64,000 nucleotides of DNA from an uncultured Chitinophaga sp. (GTDB lineage Bacteria > Bacteroidota > Bacteroidia > NS11-12g > UBA9320). Below, in pieces: positions 18,503-27,149 of this stretch. Below the pieces are notes generated by a model, which was not told the DNA's origin, did no database searches, and was given only the letters and a program-made list of their open reading frames with translations. Position 1 is the stretch's first letter; each line of letters opens with the position of its first letter. The DNA lies in NCBI GenBank assembly GCA_964617955.1, contig CAZTXB010000007.1:89085-153084 (forward strand). The letters run 5' to 3'. A program made the position numbers and the translations under genes.

Positions 18503-18651
18503 GGTTAAGGCTAAGGTTAAGGTTAAGGCTAAGGTTAAGGCGAAGGTTAAGGCGAAGGTTAAGACTAAGGCTGCTTATTGACGCAAACCTCAACCTCAAC
18601 CTCAACCTCAATCTCAACCTCAACCTCAACCTCAACCTCAACCTCATCCTC
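18501..18651 (+). repeat. Inverted 6-mer arrays: (AAGGYT-like)12 - GCTTATTGACGCA - (AACCTC-like)11
   Basis: Left array 18501-18572, spacer 18573-18585, right array 18586-18651; next ATG at 18669. Confidence 0.95.
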
Positions 18652-18668
18652 AAGCACATCCACAATAA

Positions 18669-19919
18669 ATGACTAAAAAAATCGCCATCATCGGTTTAGG
18701 TTACGTTGGCTTGCCATTGGCCGTTGAGTTTGGAAAAAAATTCTCAACCCTGGGATTCGATATCGATAAAAGGCGGATAGAAGATTTAAATCACGGGCTC
18801 GACAAAACCTTGGAAATGACCCAAGCTCAAATTTCAGAATCGACTTTTCTCACCTTTTCTTCCGATAGCCTTAGCCTCAAGGATTGTCAAATTTTTGTTG
18901 TTACAGTACCTACACCGGTGGATGCCAACAACCGCCCCAACCTCAACCCCTTGTATAAGGCCAGCGAAACCGTTGGAAAAGCCTTAAAAAAAGGCGATAT
19001 TGTGATTTATGAATCAACGGTTTACCCGGGAGTTACCGAAGACGAATGTGTCCCCGTTTTAGAAAAAACATCCGGATTAAAATTCAATGTCGATTTTTTC
19101 TGCGGATATTCACCGGAAAGAATTAACCCCGGGGATAAAGAACATACGGTGACTAAGATACTAAAGGTTACTTCGGGTTCTACTGATGAAATTGCTGAAG
19201 AGGTAGATCAACTCTATCAATCCATCATTACAGCCGGTACCCATAAGGCGCCTAGCATTAAAGTGGCCGAAGCAGCCAAGGTCATCGAAAATTCTCAGCG
19301 CGACATCAACATCGCCTTTGTGAATGAGCTGGCCAAAATATTTAACCTCATGGGCATTGATACACATCAGGTTTTGGAAGCAGCAGGCACCAAATGGAAT
19401 TTTCTAAAGTTTAAACCGGGCTTGGTCGGTGGCCATTGCATTGGCGTTGACCCCTTTTACCTGGCCCAAAAATCACAGGAATTGGGCTATCATCCCGAAA
19501 TTATATTGGGTGGTCGAAGGCTCAACGACAGCATGGGCTCCTATGTAGCGGAGCAAGTGGTCAAACTCATGGTAAAAAAAGACATTGCCGTAAAAGACGC
19601 CAAATGCCTCATCCTTGGGTTTACCTTTAAAGAAAACTGCCCCGATGTAAGAAACACCAGGGTGATTGACATCATAAACGAGCTTAAATCCTATTCGGTA
19701 CAACCCATCATTTACGACCCCTGGGCCAGCATCGAGGAAGTTAAACACGAATATGGTATTGAAATTCACAATACCTTACCACAAGGCAAATTTGAAGCAA
19801 CAATATTGGCCGTTGCACATAATGAATTCAAAGAACTACCTCTTAATAAATCAAAAGATAATGTGCTTTATGATGTTAAGGGAATATTGCCTTTGGATCT
19901 GGTGGATGCGCGGCTTTAA
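18669..19919 (+). CDS. UDP-N-acetylhexosamine 6-dehydrogenase (TviB/WbpO/WbpA-like)
   Basis: [57 protein letters not shown]. Confidence 0.93.
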   Translation: MTKKIAIIGLGYVGLPLAVEFGKKFSTLGFDIDKRRIEDLNHGLDKTLEMTQAQISESTFLTFSSDSLSLKDCQIFVVTVPTPVDANNRPNLNPLYKASETVGKALKKGDIVIYESTVYPGVTEDECVPVLEKTSGLKFNVDFFCGYSPERINPGDKEHTVTKILKVTSGSTDEIAEEVDQLYQSIITAGTHKAPSIKVAEAAKVIENSQRDINIAFVNELAKIFNLMGIDTHQVLEAAGTKWNFLKFKPGLVGGHCIGVDPFYLAQKSQELGYHPEIILGGRRLNDSMGSYVAEQVVKLMVKKDIAVKDAKCLILGFTFKENCPDVRNTRVIDIINELKSYSVQPIIYDPWASIEEVKHEYGIEIHNTLPQGKFEATILAVAHNEFKELPLNKSKDNVLYDVKGILPLDLVDARL

Positions 19920-19979
19920 GGTAGAAGAGTTAAAAGTAGAGAAGGAGAATAGCTTTTCTACTTTTTACTCCTCTATCCT
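19919..19979 (+). repeat. Imperfect inverted repeat built from AAGTAGA-like / TCTACTT-like units upstream of four-helix gene 3
   Basis: AGGTAGAAGAGTTAAAAGTAGAG ... TTCTACTTTTTACTCCTCTATCCT. Confidence 0.75.
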
Positions 19980-20009
19980 GAAGAACTTATAAAAACAAAT
20001 TAACAAACC

Positions 20010-20426
20010 ATGACTTACAGAATTTATTCCTTTGAAAAACTAGAGGTTTATAAGAAGGCAAGAGAATTGAGAAAAGAATTCAACGTTTTAACTAAAACTT
20101 ATCCCAAAGATGAACTTTATGGGTTAATTAGCCAGATTCGGAGAGTAGCTTGCAGCCTGACAGCAAATTTAGCGGAAGGGTCGGGAAGGGAGACTAATAT
20201 TGACAAAGCTAAATTTACAAATATTAGTTATTCCAGTTGTTTAGAATTAATAGATCATTTAAACGCTTCACTTGATCTGGATTATATCAACGAAAAACTA
20301 CATGAAGAGTTTAGATTAAAAATCGACCCAATGGTTTCGGGATTAAACGCTCTTTATAAGTATCAATTAAATGAAGAAGTGAGTTTGAAAAACAAAATGG
20401 AGAACGGAATAAAAGCAGTAAAGTAG
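20010..20426 (+). CDS. Four-helix-bundle protein (23S rRNA IVP/TIGR02436/Avd-like)
   Basis: YSFEKLEVYK, YPKDELYGLISQIRRVACSLTANLAEGSGR, F..ISYSS..E. Confidence 0.92.
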   Translation: MTYRIYSFEKLEVYKKARELRKEFNVLTKTYPKDELYGLISQIRRVACSLTANLAEGSGRETNIDKAKFTNISYSSCLELIDHLNASLDLDYINEKLHEEFRLKIDPMVSGLNALYKYQLNEEVSLKNKMENGIKAVK

Positions 20427-20446
20427 AATCTCTCTACTTTTCTACC
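20420..20446 (+). repeat. AAAGTAGA-ATCTC-TCTACTTT-TCTACC hairpin downstream of four-helix gene 3
   Basis: Same unit as the 19919-19979 element; includes the TAG stop. Confidence 0.65.
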
Positions 20447-20474
20447 AAAATTACTGGTCTACCTAATAACACAA

Positions 20475-21425
20475 ATGAAAATTCTAGTAACCGGCGGCGC
20501 AGGATTCATAGGCTCCAACCTCACAGAGGGATTACTTGCAGATGAGAGGGTTACTTTCGTCAGGGTATTGGATAACTTGGCAACGGGGCATTTAAGAAAT
20601 CTGGAGACTTTCACCTCACATCCAAAATTTGAATTTCAGCAAGGAGACATACGAAATCCGGACGATTGTGCTAAAGCTTGTCGAGGGATTACGGCAATCA
20701 GTCATCAGGCTGCTTTGGGAAGTGTACCCCGAAGCATCAACGACCCTCATACAACCCACAAGGTGAATGTCGACGGTTTTTTTAACATGTTGGATGCTGC
20801 AAGACTCAATGGAATCAAACGCTTCGTTTATGCCTCCTCTTCCAGTGTATATGGCGATGCCGATTACTCGCCTAAAGTGGAAGACAGATTGGGAAGCCCT
20901 CTATCCCCTTATGCTGTTACAAAAAAAACGAATGAGTTGTATGCCAATGTCTTTTACACAACCTATGGCATGGAAGTGATTGGTTTAAGGTACTTTAATG
21001 TGTTTGGTCCCAAACAGGATCCAAACGGGGCTTATGCAGCCGTTATTCCTTTATTTTTTAAAGCCGCATTAAATAATGAATCTCCTGTTATTAATGGAGA
21101 TGGAACCATAACCCGTGACTTTACTTTTATTGACAATGTGGTAAACATAAATATTTCTGCCCTGACGCTATCTAACCCGGAAGCCTATGGAAAAGCCTAT
21201 AATGTGGCATGCGGAGAAACCACTACCTTAACCCAAATTTGGGAAACCATAAAAAGAATATCCCAAAGCAATGCCGATGCCATCTATGGCGAGCAGCGAA
21301 AGGGAGACATCCTGCAAAGCTTAGCAGATATAAGGCTGGCCATAAAATATTTAAACTATTCCCACTCTGTTGATGTAATACACGGATTGGAAAAAAGCTT
21401 GGAGTGGTATAAGAAAATAGGTTAA
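20475..21425 (+). CDS. UDP-GlcNAc(A) C4-epimerase, WbpP/TviC-like SDR
   Basis: TGGAGFIGS, HQAALGSVPRS, YASSSSVYGD, SPYAVTK, LRYFNVFGP..DPNGAYAAVIP. Confidence 0.92.
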   Translation: MKILVTGGAGFIGSNLTEGLLADERVTFVRVLDNLATGHLRNLETFTSHPKFEFQQGDIRNPDDCAKACRGITAISHQAALGSVPRSINDPHTTHKVNVDGFFNMLDAARLNGIKRFVYASSSSVYGDADYSPKVEDRLGSPLSPYAVTKKTNELYANVFYTTYGMEVIGLRYFNVFGPKQDPNGAYAAVIPLFFKAALNNESPVINGDGTITRDFTFIDNVVNINISALTLSNPEAYGKAYNVACGETTTLTQIWETIKRISQSNADAIYGEQRKGDILQSLADIRLAIKYLNYSHSVDVIHGLEKSLEWYKKIG

Positions 21426-21543
21426 GGCTGAGGCTAAGGTTGCCTTCGGACGTGAGCATTGAATATTGAACATTGCTTATTGAACATTAAAAAAGGTTAA
21501 GGCTTAGATTAAGATTGCCTTCGGACGACAAAACCTCAATCTC
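21419..21543 (+). repeat. Composite repeat region: AAGGYT 6-mers, ATTGAAC 7-mers, duplicated TTGCCTTCGGACG, AACCTC 6-mers
   Basis: 13-mer at 21440 and 21515; 7-mers 21458-21488; 6-mers 21419-21441, 21493-21516 and 21532-21543. Confidence 0.85.
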
Positions 21544-21566
21544 ATTAAAACTAATAATTTTTGCAC

Positions 21567-21574
21567 TATCTTTG
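21567..21574 (+). promoter_or_regulatory. Candidate -7 promoter element for the TA pair
   Basis: TATCTTTG matches TAnnTTTG, 17 nt before ATG 21592; no clear -33 element. Confidence 0.45.
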
Positions 21575-21591
21575 ATTAAAATTATACTCCA

Positions 21592-21831
21592 ATGTTAACA
21601 TTAAATACTATACTTAAAGAGATTAAAGATGTTCCGGTTAACAGGCTGGAAGAACTTTATCAATTTATACATTCGATGACCCCCCCAATAAAACAAACCG
21701 AAGGTTTACGAAAAAAAATTCTTTCGTATGGAGGTGCTTTTAGCGACATGAGTAACCAAGACTATTCTGATTATATCGGTCAAACAAAAAAAACAAGGTC
21801 AAACCTCTTTGACCGTAATATTGACCTATAA
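21592..21831 (+). CDS. Putative antitoxin (small protein upstream of PIN toxin)
   Basis: 79 aa, directly upstream of VapC; IKDVP..RLEELYQFI...GAFSDM pattern typical of small VapC partners. Confidence 0.65.
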   Translation: MLTLNTILKEIKDVPVNRLEELYQFIHSMTPPIKQTEGLRKKILSYGGAFSDMSNQDYSDYIGQTKKTRSNLFDRNIDL

Positions 21832-21869
21832 ATACTCCTTTTCTGAATAAACCTTAATCATTAAAATAA

Positions 21870-22277
21870 GTGATTAAACAATCCATACTTGACACTGATA
21901 TTCTGTCCGAATTTTTGCGGGGCAATCCCAAGGTTATTGCTAAAGTTGACGAACATCTAAAAGAGTATGGCTTTATTAATCTTAGCATCATCACATATTA
22001 TGAAATTCTCAACGGTCTACTATTTAAAGACGCTGGAAAACAGTTAATAAAATTTGAAGAATTTACAGAACTAAACAAAGTCATTCCACTTACATTACCA
22101 ATGGCTAAAACCGCAGCTTTAATACAGGCGGAATTAAGAAAGAAAGGAACAGAAATAGGACATACAGATACGCTGATAGCTGGAATTGCAATTACAAGTG
22201 AACTGCAATTGGTAACAAATAATACGAAACATTTCAAACGTATCAAAGGACTTGAAATTGATAATTGGACTAAGTAA
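21870..22277 (+). CDS. vapC: VapC-family PIN-domain toxin
   Basis: ILDTDILS, SIITYYEI..G, IGHTDTLIAGIA, LVTNNTKHFKRIKGLEIDNW. Confidence 0.93.
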   Translation: MIKQSILDTDILSEFLRGNPKVIAKVDEHLKEYGFINLSIITYYEILNGLLFKDAGKQLIKFEEFTELNKVIPLTLPMAKTAALIQAELRKKGTEIGHTDTLIAGIAITSELQLVTNNTKHFKRIKGLEIDNWTK

Positions 22278-22297
22278 ACTTATTTCTGAAAGGCCAA

Positions 22298-22328
22298 ATT
22301 GAACATTGAAAATTGAGGATTGAACATT
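22298..22328 (+). repeat. ATTGAAC-type 7-mer array downstream of vapC
   Basis: ATTGAAC ATTGAAA ATTGAGG ATTGAAC ATT; same orientation as 21458-21488. Confidence 0.8.
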
Positions 22329-22436
22329 TTTTTATAACCATCCTTTGGTTCCTTTAACCTTTCTTAATGACCACCGCAATAAAAACCGAAAAAACCTCCA
22401 AAATATATCACCTTGGAGAGATAGGCACATCAACAT

Positions 22437-22768
22437 TAACCCGTGACTTTACTTTTATTGACAATGTGGTAAACATAAACATTTCTGCCCTGACGCTATC
22501 TAACCTGGAAGCCTATGGAAAAGCCTATAATGTGGCATGCGGAGAAACCACTACCTTAACCCAAATTTGGGAAACCATAAAAAGAATATCCCAAAGCAAT
22601 GCCGATGCCATCTATGGCGAGCAGCGAAAGGGAGACATCCTGCAAAGCTTAGCAGATATAACGCTTGCCATAAAATATTTAAACTATTCCCCCTCTGTTG
22701 ATGTAACTCACGGATTGGAAAAAAGTTTGGAATGGTATAAGGAAAAACGGCTAAGGTGGAAAGGTTAA
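22437..22768 (+). pseudogene. Duplicated 3' fragment of the upstream epimerase gene
   Basis: 22437-22741 matches 21109-21413 with 9 mismatches in 305 bp (manual count); lacks the NAD-binding N-terminus. Confidence 0.92.
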
Positions 22769-22922
22769 AAAAGCAGCTGAAATTATCAAAAAAATAGCCA
22801 CGAGTAATTTACAAATTTATTAGAATAACCAATTTATTAGCCTTACTCTATTGCACACTTTAACCTTTTATGGAAGCAGTTGGCTAACCACTTAACCTTA
22901 ATATTTTAACCCTTTCACCTTA
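22752..22922 (+). repeat. 19-bp imperfect inverted repeat with degenerate TAACCTT units bracketing a gene-less spacer
   Basis: TAAGGTGGAAAGGTTAAAA (22752-70) vs TTTTAACCCTTTCACCTTA (22904-22): 17/19 complementary. Confidence 0.65.
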
Positions 22923-22953
22923 CTCTTTCACAATTTCAGCACTAACCTAACAT

Positions 22954-24381
22954 TTGGATTCATCGTTTAAAAGCAACCTGGCATGGGACTATTTGAGTAA
23001 GTTTGGGAATATTATTTTCAGCCTCATTACCACTTCCATTCTAGCTCGCTTACTGAGACCTGAGGATTACGGTTTGGTTGGCATTTCGGCGGCAGTAAAT
23101 GGCATAGCCGGTATATTTTTTAATTTTGGCTTATCAAGTGCTATTATACAGTCTGACAATTTAAATAAACAAACTCTTTCAACCGTTTTTTATTTTAATC
23201 AGATTATTGCGGTTTCGCTATGGTTAGTCATACTATTTACATCTGGCCTAATAGAAAATTTTTATTCGATTGCCAACTTATCAGAAGTATTGGTATTTAC
23301 CTCATTAAGCTTTATCATCAATGGAGCAAGCATGGTGCCCAATGCATTGCTGGTAAAAGCTATGAAATTCAAGAACGTAACAATTATCAGTTTATGCTCG
23401 AATTTTATGAGTGGAATTTTAGGTATCACCCTTGCCTTGAATAATTATGGCGTTTGGAGTTTAGTTTTTCAGCAATTATTTAATTCCCTTCTCATTCTTT
23501 TAGGGAGCTATATTGTTACAAAATGGTATCCAATTTTTTACTTCAAGATAAAATCAATCCAGTCTATGTTGAGATTTGGTGTGTATATGTTTTTATCTGG
23601 TTTTTTGGATGGAATATTTACCCGGATTGATATTTTTTTAATTGGTAAAGTATTTAGTCCTTCAACTCTGGGATTATACACCAGAGCGCAAGGATTAGAT
23701 GCACAAGTGAGAATTCTGTCAGCCAATAGTTTAATGGGCGTGCTTTTTCCGGCTTTTATTAAAATTAAAAATAATTTAGAAGAATTAAAACAATTATACT
23801 ACAGATTTTTTGAGCTGGTCAGTTTCAGTTTTTGTTTATTAGGCGGGGTATTTTACATAGGCGCACATCAAATTTTCTTTTTGCTATTTGGGCCACAATG
23901 GGGTGTATCTGCTGATTATTTTCAAATATTAATCTTGGCCGGCTTTGCCTACCCTTTAAGCAGCCTTTCTCTTTCAATTATTGAAGCGCGGGGAAACAGC
24001 AAAAACTTTTTTAAACTAGAAGTGATAAAAAAAATATTAGTTCTCCCTACCTATTTTATTGCCTATCAATATGGCATCAAAGCTTATCTGGTTAGTTACC
24101 TGGCTTTTTGCATTATTGGGACCTTTATGAATGTTCTTTTTCTCACATTCGAAATACCAATAACGGTTTTAGAAACGATCAAACAATTAGGAAGATATTT
24201 TTTCAGTTCAATATTAATTGTATTGGTGTTGAATATATTTAAAGATAATTTTAGAGACAACTTGTTGAATACTTTTTTCATAACAATTACTTTCACTTTA
24301 ATATATTTTATCACACATCATTTATTTAAAAGTAAGGGTCTAATCTACGCTTTCGAGTTGGTCAAGCATAAAAAGATATGA
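22954..24381 (+). CDS. wzx: Wzx flippase (WzxC-like)
   Basis: ILARLLRPEDYGLVG, GLSSAIIQ, GVWSLVFQ, LGLYTRA, LFGPQW; multiple TM segments. Confidence 0.92.
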   Translation: MDSSFKSNLAWDYLSKFGNIIFSLITTSILARLLRPEDYGLVGISAAVNGIAGIFFNFGLSSAIIQSDNLNKQTLSTVFYFNQIIAVSLWLVILFTSGLIENFYSIANLSEVLVFTSLSFIINGASMVPNALLVKAMKFKNVTIISLCSNFMSGILGITLALNNYGVWSLVFQQLFNSLLILLGSYIVTKWYPIFYFKIKSIQSMLRFGVYMFLSGFLDGIFTRIDIFLIGKVFSPSTLGLYTRAQGLDAQVRILSANSLMGVLFPAFIKIKNNLEELKQLYYRFFELVSFSFCLLGGVFYIGAHQIFFLLFGPQWGVSADYFQILILAGFAYPLSSLSLSIIEARGNSKNFFKLEVIKKILVLPTYFIAYQYGIKAYLVSYLAFCIIGTFMNVLFLTFEIPITVLETIKQLGRYFFSSILIVLVLNIFKDNFRDNLLNTFFITITFTLIYFITHHLFKSKGLIYAFELVKHKKI

Positions 24382-25451
24382 TTACCGTCACAAAACCTTT
24401 TTTACCACCCTTTGAAGATTATCAAAAGTATCTGGAAGGAATTTGGCAACGCAATTGGTTGACAAATCATGGCCCTCTTGTACAGGAACTAGAAACTAAG
24501 TTAAAAGCCTACCTTGAGGTAGATTATTTACAGTTTACAGTTAATGGAACTATTCCATTACAAATAGCGCTTAAGGTATTGGAAATTGAAGGTGATGTAA
24601 TTACAACTCCTTTTTCTTATGTAGCAACCACAGGTGCCATTTTGTGGGAGAATTGCCAACCTGTTTTTGTAGATATTGAGCCGGATACATTTTGCATTGA
24701 CACAGATAAAATAGAGGCGGCTATCACCAACAAAACTTCAGCTATATTGGCAACGCATGTTTACGGATTTCCGTGCGATGTAATTAAAATAGAAGAGCTA
24801 GCTAAAAAACACCAGCTCAAAGTCATCTATGATGGGGCACATGCCTTTGGAGTTAAAATTAATGGAAAGAGTTTATTAGCTTATGGGGACATAAGTACCT
24901 CTAGTTTTCATGCAACAAAACTTTTTCATACCGTTGAGGGTGGTGCCATTATCTGCAATAACCTTGAGCTTAACCATAAGATTTTTCTCTACAAATCTTT
25001 TGGTCATATAGGCGATGATTATCGAAGTATAGGTATAAACGGTAAAAATTCTGAGTTTCATGCTGCTATGGGATTATGCAATTTACCGAGAGTAGGAGAA
25101 TTCATAGAACAACGTCGAGAAATTGCAAATTTATATCGATTTGAGCTTTTTGGATTACCAATAAGTTTCCCAAATATTTCAAAGAGTATTGAGTACAATT
25201 ATTCATATTTTCCAGTTTTATTTGGAAGTGAGGATCAATTATTAAAGGTTCAAAGTCATCTTCAATTGAATAATATAAATACAAGAAGGTATTTTTTTCC
25301 ATCATTGAATAAATTACCATATTTAGTTAGTACATCACATTGCCCTGTTTCAGAAAATATTTCTGAAAGGATATTATGTCTTCCTTTTTATCAGCAGCTT
25401 AGTCAAGAAGAGGTAATTTCTGTTTGTTCATTCATAAAAGAAATTTTATAA
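24378..25451 (+). CDS. DegT/DnrJ aminotransferase, VioA-like (NDP-4-amino-4,6-dideoxyglucose)
   Basis: VTKPFLPP, WLTNHGP, TTPFSYVAT, YDGAHAFG, SFHATKLFHTVEGG, GINGKNSEFHAAMGL. Confidence 0.88.
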   Translation: MITVTKPFLPPFEDYQKYLEGIWQRNWLTNHGPLVQELETKLKAYLEVDYLQFTVNGTIPLQIALKVLEIEGDVITTPFSYVATTGAILWENCQPVFVDIEPDTFCIDTDKIEAAITNKTSAILATHVYGFPCDVIKIEELAKKHQLKVIYDGAHAFGVKINGKSLLAYGDISTSSFHATKLFHTVEGGAIICNNLELNHKIFLYKSFGHIGDDYRSIGINGKNSEFHAAMGLCNLPRVGEFIEQRREIANLYRFELFGLPISFPNISKSIEYNYSYFPVLFGSEDQLLKVQSHLQLNNINTRRYFFPSLNKLPYLVSTSHCPVSENISERILCLPFYQQLSQEEVISVCSFIKEIL

Positions 25452-25452
25452 A

Positions 25453-26157
25453 ATGAAAATTGCCATTATGCAACCCTATTTCTTTCCATATATTGGATAT
25501 TTTCAGTTGATGCATGCTGTCGACGAATTTGTGGTTTATGACAATATTGAATACACAAAAAAAGGTTGGATTAATAGAAATAGAATATTACTAAATGGTA
25601 GCGATGCTTATATCACTTTACCTCTAAAAAAAGATTCAGATTATTTGCATATCAAAGACAGATATCTTTCTGAAAATTGGGATTTGGAAAGAAATAAAAT
25701 GATAAATAGAATTCATGAATCCTATCACAAGGCACCCTACTTTCAAAATATTTTTCCATTATTGCAAAGCTGCATTTTGAATGAAGAGAGAAATTTATTT
25801 CAGTTTATTTTTTATTCACTTAAGAGGATAAAGGAGTATTTGAATATCTCAGCAAAATTAATTATTTCCTCAAATGTTCAAATAAATCACAATTTAAAAG
25901 GAACGGACAAAGTGTTGAGTATATGTAAAAAACAAGCTGCCAAAACCTATATAAATCCTATAGGTGGAACAGTTTTATATGATTCAGATATCTTTAAATC
26001 ACACGGATTGGAGCTTTTTTTTTTAAAAACCAATAACTTTAAATATCTGCAATATAAAAATGATTTTATTCCGTGCTTATCAATTATAGATATTCTAATG
26101 TTTAACAGCATTGAAGAAACTCAGAATTTCTTAAAAAGTGATTACACATTGAATTAA
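25453..26157 (+). CDS. wbqC: WbqC-family protein (putative glycyl transferase)
   Basis: AIMQPYFFPYIGYFQL, GWINRNRI, YHKAPYF, YINPIGG, LSIIDILMFN. Confidence 0.9.
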   Translation: MKIAIMQPYFFPYIGYFQLMHAVDEFVVYDNIEYTKKGWINRNRILLNGSDAYITLPLKKDSDYLHIKDRYLSENWDLERNKMINRIHESYHKAPYFQNIFPLLQSCILNEERNLFQFIFYSLKRIKEYLNISAKLIISSNVQINHNLKGTDKVLSICKKQAAKTYINPIGGTVLYDSDIFKSHGLELFFLKTNNFKYLQYKNDFIPCLSIIDILMFNSIEETQNFLKSDYTLN

Positions 26158-26168
26158 AACTTAAGAAG

Positions 26169-27140
26169 ATGTTTACTTGGAAAAAAATGGGAAGAGTTTT
26201 TGATCCTATGAAGGTTGAAGGAAGGTCATGGTTAAAGGAATTTGCACAAGCTCCGGCAACATTAGAGTTTGAAAATTTTCTTAGAATTTATTTCGCTTGT
26301 CGACCTCCAAGAGACACTAAAACAGGGCAATACGTGAGCCATACTGCCTTTGTGGATGTGCGGAAGGAAAATTTTTTGGATATTATTGAATTTGCTGAAA
26401 AACCCATTTTTGTTTTAGGCGAACCAGGTACTTTTGATGAGTTTGGAACCTATCCGACATCGGTGCTAAGATATAATGGAGAATTGGTTGCATATTTTGG
26501 TGGGTGGACCAGATGTAGTTCGGTCCCATTTACAGTAGGTATTGGAAAAGCGTATAGTTATGATGAAGGAAAAACCTTTCAAAAAGTTGGCAAAGGTGGT
26601 CCTATTATTCCGTATACTCCTGATGAGCCATTCATTATCAGTGGTCCAAAAATTCGCAGATTCAATGATATGTGGTACCTATTCTACATTGCTGGAAAAA
26701 AATGGGTAGTCGATAATGGAGTACCTGAACCAGTTTACAGAGTGAGATTAGCTATTTCTCCTGATGGAGTTAAATGGACAAAAATTGGGAAAGATTTAAT
26801 CGATACAAAAATTGAAGCTGATGAAGCACAAGCAAGTCCTGATGTGATTTTTTGGAATGGAATGTATCACATGTTTTTTTGTTACAGATATAGCACCAAT
26901 TATAGGGAAAATGACCGTGGTTACAAAATTGGCTATGCTTATTCGAATGACTTAATTAATTGGACCAGAGATGATGAAAGAGCAGGAATCGATATTTCTC
27001 CGAATGGAGATTTTGACAATGAATCTATTGCATACCCACATGTATTTGAGATGAATGGCAATTTACACATGTTTTATTTAGGAAACCAGGTCGGGAGATT
27101 TGGATTTGGATGGGCAAAATTAGAAAATTATAAATTTTAA
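26169..27140 (+). CDS. Five-bladed beta-propeller protein (GH43/32/130-like fold), function unknown
   Basis: WKKMG..FDP, AQAP, GTFDEFG, IGKAYS.D.G.TF, SPDGVKW, IGYAYSNDLINWTR, AYPHV; no signal peptide. Confidence 0.65.
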   Translation: MFTWKKMGRVFDPMKVEGRSWLKEFAQAPATLEFENFLRIYFACRPPRDTKTGQYVSHTAFVDVRKENFLDIIEFAEKPIFVLGEPGTFDEFGTYPTSVLRYNGELVAYFGGWTRCSSVPFTVGIGKAYSYDEGKTFQKVGKGGPIIPYTPDEPFIISGPKIRRFNDMWYLFYIAGKKWVVDNGVPEPVYRVRLAISPDGVKWTKIGKDLIDTKIEADEAQASPDVIFWNGMYHMFFCYRYSTNYRENDRGYKIGYAYSNDLINWTRDDERAGIDISPNGDFDNESIAYPHVFEMNGNLHMFYLGNQVGRFGFGWAKLENYKF

Positions 27141-27149
27141 ACCCGTTTC

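Noticed and set aside
13905-20426. rRNA operon or true 23S intervening sequences
   Set aside because: No rRNA sequence flanks the four-helix genes; the family name is historical.
21109-22741. Diversity-generating retroelement TR/VR pair (suggested by Avd-like genes plus a near-identical 3'-end repeat)
   Set aside because: The 9 mismatches are not adenine-specific in either copy (T/C, C/T, G/C, G/T, A/C, T/C, A/T, C/T, G/A), and no reverse transcriptase is in the window.
22367-22768. Functional 133-aa protein
   Set aside because: Fortuitous ~24-aa leader fused to a duplicated epimerase C-terminus lacking the NAD-binding and catalytic motifs.
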